Shown: positions 35,600 to 48,439 of the stretch, in pieces
How the letters are laid out: the number at the start of each line of letters is the position of its first letter
How positions within the stretch are numbered: the first letter of the stretch is position 1
From: Felis catus
Lineage: Eukaryota
Direction: 5' to 3'
Assembly: GCF_018350175.1 (NCBI RefSeq)
Contig: NC_058383.1
Location: 21,888,001-21,952,000, forward strand
Length of the DNA stretch: 64,000 bases
The notes under the pieces: generated by a model
Databases searched by the model: none
What the model saw: only the letters and a program-made list of their open reading frames with translations
Told to the model about the DNA's origin: nothing
Position numbers and translations under genes: made by a program

Positions 35600-36370
35600 C
35601 GGGTGCATTTCTCCCAACACCACCAAGCAATTCTCCAGTTCTCAGTGGCCCCTGAGATGGTGCCCCACAAATTGAATCCAATTCAATTCTGACACTACCT
35701 ACCAGGAGCCAGCGTCAGATCCCCCAAGTTAAGGGCTCAGTCCCATTGGACTGCCCCCTTCTCATGCCAATGACAGGTCCAGATTGGTACCTGTGCTTCG
35801 GACTGGCTATGAGTTGGAGGTTCCTAGACCCCTTCTTCAGGTTTGATTAATTTGCTAGTGTCACTCACAGAACTCAGGAAGCGTTTATGTACATTGGCCC
35901 ATTCATTATAAAGGATATGACCAACGGTACAGACGGACACCCAGATGTACCTAAGGCAAAGTCTGAAAGAGTCCTGGGCGCAGGAGCTTCTGTCCCCGAG
36001 GAACTGGGGTGCACCCCGTCTCTGCTGAGAGGTGCATGTGTTTCCTAACTGGAAGCTTTGTAAATCGCATTGTTGAGGAGTTTTTAATAGAGCCGATTCT
36101 GTAGAGCCCCCTCTCCTTCCTTTTCCTAGAAGTTGGCGGGTGGGCTGAAAGTTCTAATCCTCTAATCTCTTGGCCTTTCTGGTGACCAGCCCCATCCTGA
36201 GGTTATCTAGGGGCCCTACCCTGCCTCCTCATTAGGATAAACTCAGGTGCCTTCAGAAAGGCTCTTTATGAGTAATAAAAGGCACTCCTACCACTCTGGA
36301 AATTCCAAAGGTTTTAGGAGTTCTGGGCCAGGAATCGAGGTTAAAGACCAAATATATTTCTCATTGTAAA
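35600..36370 (-). mobile_element. MER21-like ERVL LTR
   Basis: attcaattctgacact..gttaagggctcagtcc..gaaattccaaaggttttaggag..accaaatatattt. Confidence 0.75.
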
Positions 36371-36424
36371 TAGGACCAAATTTAAGAAGAGCTCTATATA
36401 TCAAGATAAAAGTATTAAACATTA

Positions 36425-36630
36425 GGGGTGCCTGGGTGGCTCAGTTGGCTAACCGTCCAACTCCTGATTTTGGCTCAGGTCATGATCTCACGGTTCGGGG
36501 GTTTGAGCCCCACATCGGGCTCCACGCTGACAGTGTGGAGTCTGCTTGGGATTCTCTCTCTCTCCCTCTCTCTCTGCCCCTCCCGTGCTCTCTGTCTTTC
36601 TCTCAAAATAAATAAAATAAACTTAAAAAA
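36425..36630 (+). mobile_element. Can-SINE
   Basis: TSD attaaacattag. Confidence 0.95.
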
Positions 36631-36879
36631 ATTAAACATTAGTCAGGGGGCATTAAGAAGCCCCAAAACAATTATTAAAAAAATTAATATGTGCTCTTTA
36701 ATAGACAACCCTAAAGGAGTGTTTAAATCTCATTATTGGGCTTATATACCATTTAATTTCTTCTTCGTTTATCTTTCCTAAATATCACATAATAGATACA
36801 TATTTTGTCACAAATGTTATTTTTATAATGAAATGTTATTAGTTCTAATTCATGCAAGGAAAGTTAATCATAAACATGA

Positions 36880-37785
36880 AATCCTCAAAGAACCGTGAGA
36901 AAATGTATGTGATTATTTTGTGAGATCCTAGGGAGGAGGAAAGCCTTTTGGCACTTAACAGCAAAAACAAAACAAAACAAAAAGCCATGAAGAGGAATAC
37001 CCTTGGGTTTTACTACATAAATTCAAAACAATGCTTAGAAAAATTACAAAGAAATAAGGAAAACCCTGCTAAACATAAAAATAATGGAAGAAATCACGAA
37101 GGCAATGACTGATTCTACTTACATTATTCTTCAAGTGTCTGTGAATCAAATCTGTGTTAAACAAAATGAAAGGGCAAAAGGCACTGTGGAAAAAAAATGT
37201 CTAGTCTAAAAAAATAGTCTCATAATTCAATAAGAAAACCCCAATAATATCCAAATACAAAAAAGCAGCAAAGAACGTAGATTCTCGGCATGCATGTAAA
37301 TAAGTAATAAACATAATAAAATAGTTTAACCCTGCTCGTGATGAAGTAAATGCATAGGAAAACGAGAAACAATTTTTTCCTATCAAATGAGCAAAGATTA
37401 AAGAGAAACCAACCGTGTAACGTTTGGAGAAGTTCCTGAAGCAGTTGAAGTAGAATCCAGCCTTGCACATTCTTGGTGAAGGTATACATTTGGGAACTTT
37501 GTGGAGTGCAGTCTGGCAACAGGTACCTGGAAAAAGTTTATAGCCTTTGGCTTAGCAATTCTCCTTCTAGGAATATATCTGGAGGAAAGAAACAGACATA
37601 TTAAAAGAGACTAGGTATAGTATTCACCAATGATTGCTCTGGTAAGAGCAAAAATAAGCACGACCTACATGCCTAACAAAAAGGAAAAAAATACATTATG
37701 GTACACTCACACAGTGTGATCAGATGAATGTTTAATGATAAGGGAGAAGCGCCCATGGCATATTATTAAGAAAATGAGATAGGAA
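36880..37785 (+). mobile_element. Old L1ME-like ORF2/3' fragments
   Basis: A-rich; gcaattctccttctaggaatatatc and attatggtacac motifs. Confidence 0.65.
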
Positions 37786-37789
37786 GAAA

Positions 37790-37971
37790 AATTTAAATTT
37801 AAATTTAAATTTTTTTATTGTTTAGAGAGAGAGAGGCAGAGGGAGATAGAGAATTTTAAGCAAGCCCCACACTCAGTGAGGAGCCTGACACAGGGCTCAA
37901 TCCTATGACCCTGGGATCATGTGACCTGAGCAGAATCGGGCGCTCAACCAACTGAGCCATCCAGAGATCCC
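37790..37971 (-). mobile_element. Can-SINE (older subtype)
   Basis: Reverse-complement body. Confidence 0.85.
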
Positions 37972-38018
37972 AAGGCACAAGATATTTTTAACTTTTATTT
38001 GGTCTCAAACCATGTAAA

Positions 38019-38021
<3 letters not shown>

Positions 38022-38054
<33 letters not shown>
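38022..38054. repeat. (TG)n
   Basis: Seen directly. Confidence 0.95.
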
Positions 38055-38057
<3 letters not shown>

Positions 38058-38634
38058 CAGGGTATTTCCGATGCAGGCAGGCTGGTCCGACCCAGAGGGG
38101 TCCCGAGAGATCAGCCAAGGAGGTCCTTGGCTTCACGCAGAATGGAAATCAAACACTAGTCAGCAGGAAGTGAGAGCAGAGTTTATTGAAGATATAGACA
38201 GAACAGATACAGACAGAGCATCTGGGAGATTCCGAAATGGAGGATGAATCTCATCTCTGCTTGGGGGACTGGAGTTTTTACTGAGGACGGTGGTCTGGTA
38301 TATGGGTCTTCTCAGGCATCCAAGGAACTGGTTGAATAAGGACGAGTGCTCAGGTGTCTTCTGTGTCACTTACATCCTGGAGCCAGGTGTTTGGGGCCGG
38401 TTGTCTTAGAGAACTTTCATGATGATCTCTCCTAGTCATTCCTTAAATATTATCTATTGTGCTGGAAAACTGTAAAGAAAAAATTAACTCCTTGACCTTT
38501 ACGAGGAGGACACACATTAAGGAATGTGTAGGGTGGGGGTGCAGGTCCTAGCAAGAGCCAGAGCAGGAAAAGGAGCAAATTAAAAAATAGCTTTTTTTTT
38601 TCCCCCATGGAGTCCCTTTATTTTCCCTGTCTCA
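38053..38634 (-). mobile_element. Probable solo LTR (ERV1-like, family not identified)
   Basis: Minus strand starts TGAGACA and ends ..GCTACA; AATAAA at about 38182. Confidence 0.55.
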
Positions 38635-39374
38635 TTTCAACCATGCTGTTCTGTGCAATTAGCTAATACTGCCTTGGAGGTCTTTCTGTAAACGTTGGGT
38701 GACAGAGATGTCTTAACTGCATGGTGTGAGGTGGCATGGTGGTAAAGAGTGGGCAGGTCACTGCACAGGTGGCTGAGCGTTCTGTCAGCAGCACGATGCA
38801 CTAGGTCATGCTCTGGCCAAGCAATGGCAGCAAAGACACAGGGAACGGAGAGGGTTGGAACTGGCACAAAGTGACTCCCAGGCTGCATGAGGAAGCCCGT
38901 CTTACCTGAGAGACACTTGTCTCATTTTGAGAACTCTTAGAGAAGAAAGTGTCTTGTCATTTGATTGGTGGTGCTAACCATCCATCGGATGAGGGACACA
39001 CTGAAGGTGGACCCCTGCCTGGCCAATTTTATTTTAGAGACTTCATCTACTGTTATTCAAATTCTAATGCAATCACTAACAACTACACTTACAAGAGAGC
39101 CTGGATCCCCTTCTCATTATGGTTGGTAAATCAATAGCTGAATGGTACCATTGGTGAACTGATGACCCTGCTGGCCTTTGGGATCCCCCCCCCCGACACC
39201 CCCCCACACACACACACACAAAGAAAGAGAATGTTGGAAACCACTAAGATTTTATCTCCATTTATTTCCAAGGTGAGACAATGGGTATGGGTGGGGGGTG
39301 GGTAGACAGCGCCATTGAGGGAGGGAAATTTACCCTGAAAACAGTTGCAGGAAGAAGTAGGGGAGGACGGGTAT

Positions 39375-39560
39375 ATTTACAAGGACCTTTTCTATAGCAA
39401 CAGACAGAAACCAAGCAGACTGGCTTAAAAGGAAGATACTGGCTCATGTAATGAAAGAGTTCGGGGGTATCTGGCGACTCAGATGGGGAATCATCAAGTT
39501 TCCAACTCACACTCTCCATCTCTTGGCTCTGTTCTCTTCCATGTTAATTCCATTCTTGGA
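39375..39560 (-). mobile_element. Old MLT1 fragment
   Basis: gcaacagacagaaacc..ctggcttaaaa..tggctcatgtaa. Confidence 0.55.
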
Positions 39561-39856
39561 TGTGAGGCCAGGCATTAAGAGGGTTTCTAGCAGTCTTCGG
39601 CAGGCGGGTGGCAGTTCTTGACTGCTTAATGGTTATTCGGTCCATTTTTGGCATCCCAAATATGCCAAAAATATCATTTTAATTCATTTTTGCAAAAAGC
39701 TCTATTACACTGCCCTTCTAACCTTTGAGTCTGTCTTCCAATAAAGGTAGGATGACAGCAAGACGAAAGGCGGGGTGCTCTCCCCAGCCCAACCCCCAGG
39801 GGAGGACACATGAGTCTTTCCTGGATGTTGGAGAAGCCCTTTGTGTGAAAACTGAA

Positions 39857-40085
39857 CTTTTTTTTTTTTTTTTTTTTTTTTTAGCGTTTATTTATTTTTG
39901 AGACAGAGAGAGACAGAGCATGAACAGGGGAGGGTCAGAGAGAGAGGGAGACACAGAATCCGAAACAGGCTCCAGGCTCCGAGCTGTCAGCACAGAGCCT
40001 GACATGGGGCTCGAACTCACGGAGCGTGAGATCATGACCCGAGCCGAAGTCAGACGCTTAACCGACTGAGCCACCCAGGCGCCCC
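39857..40085 (-). mobile_element. Can-SINE
   Basis: TSD gaaa(a/g)ctgaactt. Confidence 0.95.
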
Positions 40086-41858
40086 GAAAGCTGAACTTCT
40101 ATCCTGGCATCAAGGGACTCAGCTGAGCCTACAATACTCTTGGGGTACAAGTGACAGCCTCTCTCTGAAAATCTCTGCCTTTTAGAAACTTGGAAGGCAT
40201 AAAACCAAAAGTGTCCTGTGAGGACAAGCAAAAAAAAAAAAAAAAAAAAATGTAATCTCCACACCAAGCCTAGCATAATGAAAAATCCCTGGAGAGAGAG
40301 GACATTGAGTTCAATATAAACCCTCTCCATTCTTGCTGTGTGCTGTTGGAGAAATCTTCAAACCATATTCTACTCCTTTACAAAAGGAGAGCATTCGAGT
40401 GTCTTATCTGAGTGTTTTCTAATGCTCTTTGTGTGTGTTCAGTTCTCCTAACTATTCCATGGGGTAGGTTCTTACTTCCTCCACTTTACAAAAATAGAAG
40501 TGCGGGGAGGTCACTTGCCCAGGATTTCAACGTGCTCTGCCTTGCCCCCCAGGGTGGACGAGTGTGCATTCCCTGTGAGAGCTAAGACTGCAGAGGACAG
40601 AATTGCATTTTCTCTGGCTTGGGATCCACCACAGTTTTGGTTGATTTGTGTTTTTGTTGACTTAAGGAGCCACACCCTGTGTTCACCAGGAGGTGCTCAA
40701 CAAGTCCACAGGGGACAGAAGTTGGAGCCACAGGGGTTAGAGGTGGAGGTGGAAGGGGCTGAAGGTGCTTTGGGACAAAGTAATTCTGGTAGGAGACGCG
40801 TCACCAGGGAAGCGGGACAAAACTCATGTCAACAAAGCCTCAACCCTTAGCTGCTTCTAGCAGTTTCTTTCCTCTGCCTTCTTTTATACCTCTCACCTAT
40901 GGTCCTTCTTTTCTTATTTTCTCCTACATATATTTTTTTCTACTGCCTTCCCCCTTGTTTCGTCTTTCACTTTTTGTAGGGTGTCTCTTCTCTCTCTCTT
41001 TTTTAACTTTGTGTGATTGTTATAATTTCTTCGCATTGATTTTCATTCTTTTATTTCAAACCACATCTATCTTGTCTTTAAAAAAAAATCTCAGCCTTGT
41101 TTTATTGGAACCTTAATAAAAGAATCATTGTACCTGAAGTATGGAGTCTTTTCTTTCCATTGTCTTCCCATTTTAGCATTTTATTATTCACTGGCAACTT
41201 TTAATAGACTGATTGAAATGCAGATGTGTATCAAATAAAAACTAAAAATCCGCCCTCCCTAATTACATTCCCTAGCGGGACCCACTGTGAACAGTTGGGT
41301 GTCTGCCCCATTCAGGTTTTCTTTTTTTTTTTTTTTTCCTGTAAACTGATAAATCATGTAAACATATTACCGCTCACACATTCATTTATTTTAATAAAAA
41401 TGAGATCACATTAACCTCGATGTTCTGCAGACTGTTTTTGGCTTTTTAAGTATCATGACTATTATCATTTTAAAATTTGTTTTCTTTATTTTTCTCCTGT
41501 GGAATAAAAATCGTCACTCTCATGGCTTAGTCCATGTTTTATATTTTGATTATTTACCTAGAGGGGTTTCTGCTCTGATGTGGTTTTTTTCCCCCTTGTG
41601 GTGCTCTTACCCTCTTCCATTTAGACAATCGGAAACGAAGCATGGGCTGCTCTGAGGGATAGTGTTACAGCAGAGGAAGGGCTTTTAAGCTTCTTGGGCT
41701 GAGATCATTGTCTATACCATAGTTTAGAAGACTATTTGCTTTGTCAATTTTTCCTGCTGTGGAGAGGATAAAACTTCCTTGGCCTGGGGCAGAAGAGAAA
41801 GGGAGAATGAGGCAGGGGTGTGGGCTTTTAAGATGGAGCAGGGCAATGACTAGGACTC

Positions 41859-42086
41859 TGCCAGAGACTGAATGCTCGTGTCCGCCCCAAATTCCCATGC
41901 TGGAGCCCTAATTCCCCACGTGGCTACATTTGGCGTAAAGAAGTAAGGAAGGTTAAATGACAAGGGAAAAAGAAAAAAGAGGTAAAAAATCAGGAAAAAA
42001 GAAAAAAGCAAAAAAATAAGTAAAAACAGAATAAAATAAGGTTAAATGAGATCACAAGGGTGGGGCTCTGATCCAAGAGGATTGGG
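41859..42086 (+). mobile_element. MLT1A/B 5' fragment with an A-rich insert
   Basis: actgaatg..ccccaaattc..aaggttaaatgag..agggtggggc. Confidence 0.7.
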
Positions 42087-42094
42087 CTCCCCCC

Positions 42095-42265
42095 TCTTCA
42101 GTGGGCATCACACTCGCCTGGAGGACTCGCCAAAGCACACGATTTCTGGGCCCCTCCCCTAGAAATTCTGATAGGGTAGGTCTGGGTAGGGCCCAAGGAT
42201 CTGCATCTCTATCAAACTTCCAGGTGATGCTGAACGTTGCTGTAGTCACAGGGTGAGAAGCTCTG
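42095..42265. mobile_element. MER5A
   Basis: tctgggcccctccccta..gtaggtctggg..ggatctgcat..caggtgatgctg. Confidence 0.75.
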
Positions 42266-42311
42266 ACTCTAAAAATCTAACATTTTTATTTATTTTTAAT
42301 TTCTCTAATAT

Positions 42312-42350
<39 letters not shown>

Positions 42351-42428
42351 TTTTCTCTAATATTTATGTATTTATGTATTTATTTATTTAGACGCCTGTG
42401 TGGGTGTCTGTTGAAAAATGTTACCTTA

Positions 42429-42642
42429 GGGGCGCCCGGGTGGCTCAGTCGGTTAAGCCTACGACTTCGGCCCAGCTCATGATCTCGTGGTCCATGAGTT
42501 CGAGCCCCGTGTCCGGCTCTGTGCAGACAGCTCAGAGCCTGGAGCCGGCTTTGGATTCTGTGTCTTCCTCTCCTTCTGCCCCTCCCCCACTCACGCTCTG
42601 TCTCTCTCTCTCAAAAATAAATAAACATTAAAAAAAAAATTA
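42429..42642 (+). mobile_element. Can-SINE without a normal direct TSD
   Basis: Full body; flanks are inverted repeats (see findings). Confidence 0.95.
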
Positions 42643-43184
42643 AACAGACACCCACAGAGGTAAGTATCCCACAGTAAGGTCTTACAGCAAGTAAAGAAAT
42701 TGGCCTCAGGGCTCTGTATGGGCTCCATTAGGACCATGCAGCCATCCTGGGACCAATCCCACTGATCTCTCCGGGATCGGGGAATTGGTAGGTTCTGATT
42801 GGCCGGGACTGGGTCACAGGCCACCTCTGGAGCTGAGGTGAGAGTCAACTCTGTCAGAACCACATGTTTTTCAAGTGAGAAAAGTTTGTTGCCCAGTAAA
42901 AGGAAACGGAAGTGAGGTCAATATTGTCGTACAGCCCAAAACAACACCTTCTGTGGAACACAAACTTCTGGGGAGCGTAGATGGGCTGCTCAGATAGAAC
43001 CCCATCTGTGTCGAGGCTCAAGCTCTGGAGGAAGCTTGCCCAGGATCAGAATCCCACCTGCCACGGAGGGGGTGTAGAGAGAGGCAATCCAATCCCTGAC
43101 CCCAGTGCCCACCAGCCTAACGTCTGCATGGTGCCAGCTGTGGAATCCACCTTCAGAATGGAGTGTAAACTTCATATTTAAAAC

Positions 43185-43392
43185 CTGGGTGGCTCCGTTG
43201 GTTGAGCGTCCAACTTCGGCTCAGGTCATGATCTCACAGCTTGTGGGTTCGAGCCCCACATCAGGCTCTGTGCTGATGGCTTGGAGCCCGGAGCCTGCTT
43301 CGGATTCTGTGTCTCCCTCTCTTTCTGCCCTTCTCCCACTCATGTTCTGTCTCTCTCTGTCTCAAAAATAAGTAAACATTAAAAAAAAAAAA
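43185..43392 (+). mobile_element. Can-SINE
   Basis: Short TSD aaaacct. Confidence 0.9.
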
Positions 43393-44239
43393 AAACCTTC
43401 TGGCATTGAATGGAAAACATGTAGTTTGAGAAACTCTTTTGGTTGGGTTCCTGGCTCAGTCAGGGATTATCCACCTTTTTTATTGTGAAGCTGTCAGTCC
43501 TGGGGAGGAGGGGGGCAGAAAGGGGCCTTTAAGAGATAGGTCTTATTCCCATGAGATACATTTGACTTTCAGTGAGGCCTTCTCCTGCGGAAGAGGTGTG
43601 GGAGTTGGCCGCAGGGACGAGGAAGCATAGGTTGGGTTAGTGACCCTGGGGCCCATGTGACCAGGAGTGAGCTGGGTCCCAGGCAGTACCCACCTGCCTG
43701 CCTCACTCTGTTTAGTGGCTGCCACTATAGCCCCCACGACTGAGTTTTCTGGGCAGCAGCAGAGGTTGGGGTGCGGCCCAGGGAGTCACAAGGACCTTCT
43801 GCAGGGATGTTCCCATTTGGGTTGGAAGGATGGGTGAGACTAAAAATACCACCTACATGGCATATTTACTCTGCTCTTGTTAATACCCCAGAGAGACTGC
43901 CAAGAGTCACTACCACCAAGCCTGTGATTAAACCATAATAACCACTTTCATGTTTATAAATTTTGTCCTTGATATCAGAGAGGAGTATTTTTAGGCTAGA
44001 ACTTGGAGCTAACAAATCCCAATGCATGAGTGCGGATTTAAGCAAGTATCTCTCCTTAAGATTCACTCCCCAGGACATGGTGACAAGGCCAGGGGGGATC
44101 TGTCCCCAGGAGTCGAATGGGAGACTCCGGGCACACCAGGGCATCCACCCCTTAATCCCAGGGCATCTCACCAGACGTGGAAGCTTTGTGCACATCTATG
44201 GTCTTCTATCCTCCCAACCTCAGAGGGATGCCACTCACA

Positions 44240-44545
44240 CATTCATTCATCTGTTCATTAACTAACTAATCGAGCATATATTTCTTGAGTGCTTACTCTG
44301 TGCCAAGCACTAGGGATAAGGCAGTGAATACACAGACAAGCTCCCTACTTTCATGGACTTTACATTCTAGTGAAGCTGGCGGCTGCTGACTGGGGAGCCA
44401 GACCATTCATTCATTCACTATGAAGTAATAGGAAGGAAATATACAGGGAGAAATGCTATACGGTACCTGGGGAGGGAAGGCTACTTTTAGGTAGCAAGGT
44501 CAAGGAGGTAATATCTGAACTGGGAAAGAGCCAAGCATGTGAAAA
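44240..44545 (-). mobile_element. L2 3' end
   Basis: attcattcat..ttgagtgcttactctgtgccaagcac..acattctagtg. Confidence 0.75.
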
Positions 44546-45018
44546 GCCAACTCTCTGCTTCTGCTTTCCTGACCCCAATTTCTCACGACTCCCTTCCCTC
44601 CTAACTCTTCATCCTGTGCTCAAGTCCAAGGGAAACATCTTCCACCCCTCCATGAACCTGTTTTAACTGGAAATTGACTCTCTTTTCAGGATGTCACTTC
44701 CCCTAGTGGCTCTTGCAAATAGTCACTGCTCATTCTGTACATCTCATGAATTCTGGGTCGGCGGGTCGGCGGGGTGGGAGGGGGCAGTAATTGGAGCCCT
44801 TTTGTAGTGCTCTCTCCATGGCATTTAAATGTCCTGCTCCCGGCATCTGATTATACCACATCCTCTTTCTCATTGCTGCCATTTACTTGCCTCCTAGAGC
44901 CTCCACTCTGTTTGCTGAAGACTTTGGGACCTGCTCCACCATCTTAATGTTCAACCCAAATGCTGACAATCACCTGCATTCTTCACCTGGTGCTTGAGCT
45001 TAAAAGTCCTGTGACCTC

Positions 45019-45260
45019 GGGGTGCCTGGGTGACTCAGTTGGCTGAGTGTCCGACTCTTGGTTTCGGCTCATGATCCCAGGGTCGTCGGATTGAGCCCTG
45101 TATCAAGCTTCATGCTGAGCATAGAGCCTGCTTGAGATTCTCTCTCTCCCTCTGCCTCTTTCCCTGGCTCGTGCTCTCTAAAATAAATAAATAAATAAAT
45201 AAATACATACATACATACATACATAAATAAATACATAAATAAATACATAAATAAATAAAT
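45019..45260 (+). mobile_element. Can-SINE with (TAAA/TACA)n tail
   Basis: Head, body and compound tail. Confidence 0.9.
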
Positions 45261-46069
45261 TCTTTGACCTTGATTCTTTTGATTTTCACCTCCACCCCAC
45301 TGCAGTCCTTTTCCACAGCTCCAGCCTCGACCCACATGGGTTCCGTGTTAAAAATCTTAAGACTCTCTATTTCACCCTAAACACAGGAAAACCATTGCTT
45401 CTCAAGCCGATTTCTCAGCCAGGTATCACAAATAAAAGAAACACTACTCCTTCTCCAAATAGCCATGAAAAATACTCTGAGTCCTTCCCGGAGGGGTCTT
45501 GAGACAGCGTCAGAGGCGTAGGGCACATCACCATATGGGGAGACTTCCTAACAATGGCCTTTACTCATCTCTCCCCCGCCAAAGTCCTAATCTTAGGACA
45601 GTTCCTTATCTGTGTTCCTTCTTTCCTGCTCAGAACTCCCCGCTGCTTAATTCGGTCTCCCTTGCCCCTTCCCCTCTTTTCCTCCTCCTCCTGTCATCTT
45701 TCTCTTCTCTGCCTCAAGTTGGATCTCCATCTTTCTAAAATGCCCTTGTGGACAACTGTTCACGTGTTCGGTGTCTTCACCTCTTGCCCTATCCCAGCTG
45801 ATCAGACATTCGCAAAAATCCTTGGAAAGTGGATGGGGGGGATGCATGGGAGATTGCAAATATTTATCATATGATTTGTCCTTAGCACACCTGTCAGTGT
45901 TCATCATCAAATATCCTTCCAGAGCTTCATTCCCCTTCCTCTTACAGCACCTGTCTTTCCACCCCATTCTCTGTGGTCGGATGGCCCTTGTCTGGTGTCT
46001 CTTTACTTCCCTTCTCCACTCAGACCCATCTTGGGGGTGGTCATCTGAATGCTCATTTCCCTTGTACTT

Positions 46070-46162
46070 TTTTTTCTTCAAGTTTTTATTTTTTTAAATT
46101 TATATTAAATGCAATTTATTGTCAAATTGGTTTCCACACAACACCCAGTGCTCATCCCAACA
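46070..46162 (-). mobile_element. Felid L1 extreme 3' stub
   Basis: tttattgtcaaattggtttcca..gtgctcatcccaaca; TSD tcccttgtactt at 46058 and 46163. Confidence 0.85.
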
Positions 46163-46719
46163 TCCCTTGTACTTCTTGACTCTATCTTTTTACTGTCCCT
46201 GCCGAGCCCAACACAGTCCAAATTCATCACCCAGTCATTTCTGCATCTACACCTGCAAAAAAATCACACAACTTGGAAAGGGGTCCCTTGCAAATCCATG
46301 GCAACAAATGCAGAGTGCACAGGTTTGCTCATTAATTTTTTCCCTTGTCTGAGATCAATTCCTTCTCCTGTCCCCCCTTAACCTGCATCCAGTGTACCAG
46401 AAGGCAAATCATGTTTGGACTTCCCAGGTAAGAGAACAGATCATTCCTCTCCTGCCTTTCTTTGTGTATTTATTTCATTTGAATTGGGTTTCTTCCACTT
46501 GAGTATATGTGCTGCCGAAGCGAGCACAGGTTCCTTCCGCTTGAAATTAAAAGACTACTGGCAGATGGAATTAAAGACTCCATGCTCAGAGAAGGTGCTG
46601 GAGGAATGGGAGTGTGTGTGTGTGTGTGTGGGGGGGGGGTGGGGGGAGGCCCTTTCTGGATGAATAGTAAGTTGGGAGTAGCTATTGATTCACCTTTGGG
46701 GTCCAGTTTCTGAAAATTA

Positions 46720-46938
46720 AAAAAAAATTTTTTTAAATGTTTATTTATTGGAGAGAGACAGAGAGAGACAGAACACGAGCAGGGCAGGGACAGAGAGAGG
46801 GAGACACAGAATCCAAAGCAGGCTCCAGGCTCTGAGCTGTCAGCACAGAGCCCAACGTGGGGCTCGAACTCACGAACCGTGAGATCATGACCTGAGCCGA
46901 AATCGGACGCTCAACTGACTGAGCCGCCCAGGTGCCCC
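46720..46938 (-). mobile_element. Can-SINE
   Basis: TSD tctg(a/c)aaatt. Confidence 0.95.
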
Positions 46939-47496
46939 TCTGCAAATTTTGAGGGCAAGTGTGATCATCTGGGAAGCACAGGCAGATCTCATAGTGAATA
47001 TTCTGGAAGACAATTGACGAGCGTAGCTCTGTCCTCTTCCTGTCTTTGCTCCAAATCCTCCTTAGAAAAGCAGAACTGCCTGCAGTTTGAAATGGACAAT
47101 CAGACACTGCTAACAGCTGCATCTCCAAAACTTCGATTCTTGGCAGAAGGATCCTGACACAAAAGTATTTCTTTGTGGAAAATTATGCATTCATCGAGCT
47201 CATTTGAAACAAAATATGATTTGCATCTTAACTTCCTGTAACAAGCTCCAGTTCTTCTGCGGGTTTCATAATGTCTGATTTCGTTGGACCAGATTGGTGG
47301 GGCACATGCTTTACCAAACAGTTTAAATTCAAGCCCAGGTTTTTCTTATTTTAAATAGCAACAGCTGCTAAGCACGATAATTGTTGTATTTCATCAAAAT
47401 AAACTCACCAAGTTGCTTCTGAGTGTTCCTTGGAGCTGCTCTGCTTGGGGGTGCTGGGGGTCTTTAGGGCTGCCAAAGAAGGTTAAAAGGTTTGGT

Positions 47497-47715
47497 AGGT
47501 GCTTGGGTGGCTCAGTCGGTTAAGCATCTGACTTTGGCTCGGGTCATGATCTCACGGTTCGTGAGTTTGAGCCCTGTGTCGGGCTCTGTGCTGACAGCTC
47601 GAGCCTGGAGGCTGCCTCGAGTTCTGTGTCTCCCTCTTTCTGTCTGCCCCTCCCCTGCTAGCATTCTGTGTCTCTTTCTGTCTCAAGAATAAATAAACAT
47701 CAAAAAGAAGAAGAA
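47497..47715 (+). mobile_element. Can-SINE
   Basis: Head, body and tail. Confidence 0.9.
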
Positions 47716-47959
47716 GATACAAGGTGTGGGTTTGAAAAACAGGAGGCCAGGCTCTGGGTCTGGAGGGGGTGAATGGACAACTCCAAGAACAGAGAAAGGA
47801 GAAAAAACCAGTCAGTAGCTGAAGGCAGGCTCGGTGAGATCCCTCCCCGCTCAATATCTGGTTGGGCCTTGTCTCTGGAATGATCAGTAATTCCCAGTTT
47901 CTGAACGACTGAAGGGAGGGAAGGAAGAAACCAGTAACAGTAACAGAAGACTCCTGTGG

Positions 47960-48260
47960 CGGCTTCTCAACCTTGACTGGCCATTAGAGTCCCTGGAAAG
48001 CATTAAAAACATCCCCAAGTACCCAGGCTGCACCCCAGAATTGGTGAGGGTGGGGCCCACACATCGGTATCTGTTTAAAGCTTCCTGGGTGATTCCATGT
48101 GTACTCGATGTTAAGAACCATTGCGTTGGAGGGGCACCTGCCTGGCTTGGTCAGCAGAGTGTGAGACTCTGTAGGTTTGAGCCCCATGTTGGGTGTAGAG
48201 ATTACTTAAAAACAAACAAACAAAAAAAACTTAAAAAAAAAAAAAAAAAGAACCACTGCA
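47960..48260. mobile_element. MER5A with a short Can-SINE (48131-48248, +) at its end
   Basis: ttctcaaccttg..ggtgattc..aagaaccactg; SINE TSD aagaacca(t/c)tgc. Confidence 0.75.
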
Positions 48261-48439
48261 TTAGAACCTGAATTACATCCAAAGTTCTGACCCCAGTCAG
48301 GGAGGCCTTGGCTGATCTCAGATCCCATCTTCAAACGCCCATCCTCTGTCTTAACTCAGGGTCAGTTACTGGTGTTACAGTTCTTCTGTCTGTGTGGACC
48401 AGAAGAACTTTCCATCGTGTCCTGGAAGACATTATGCGA

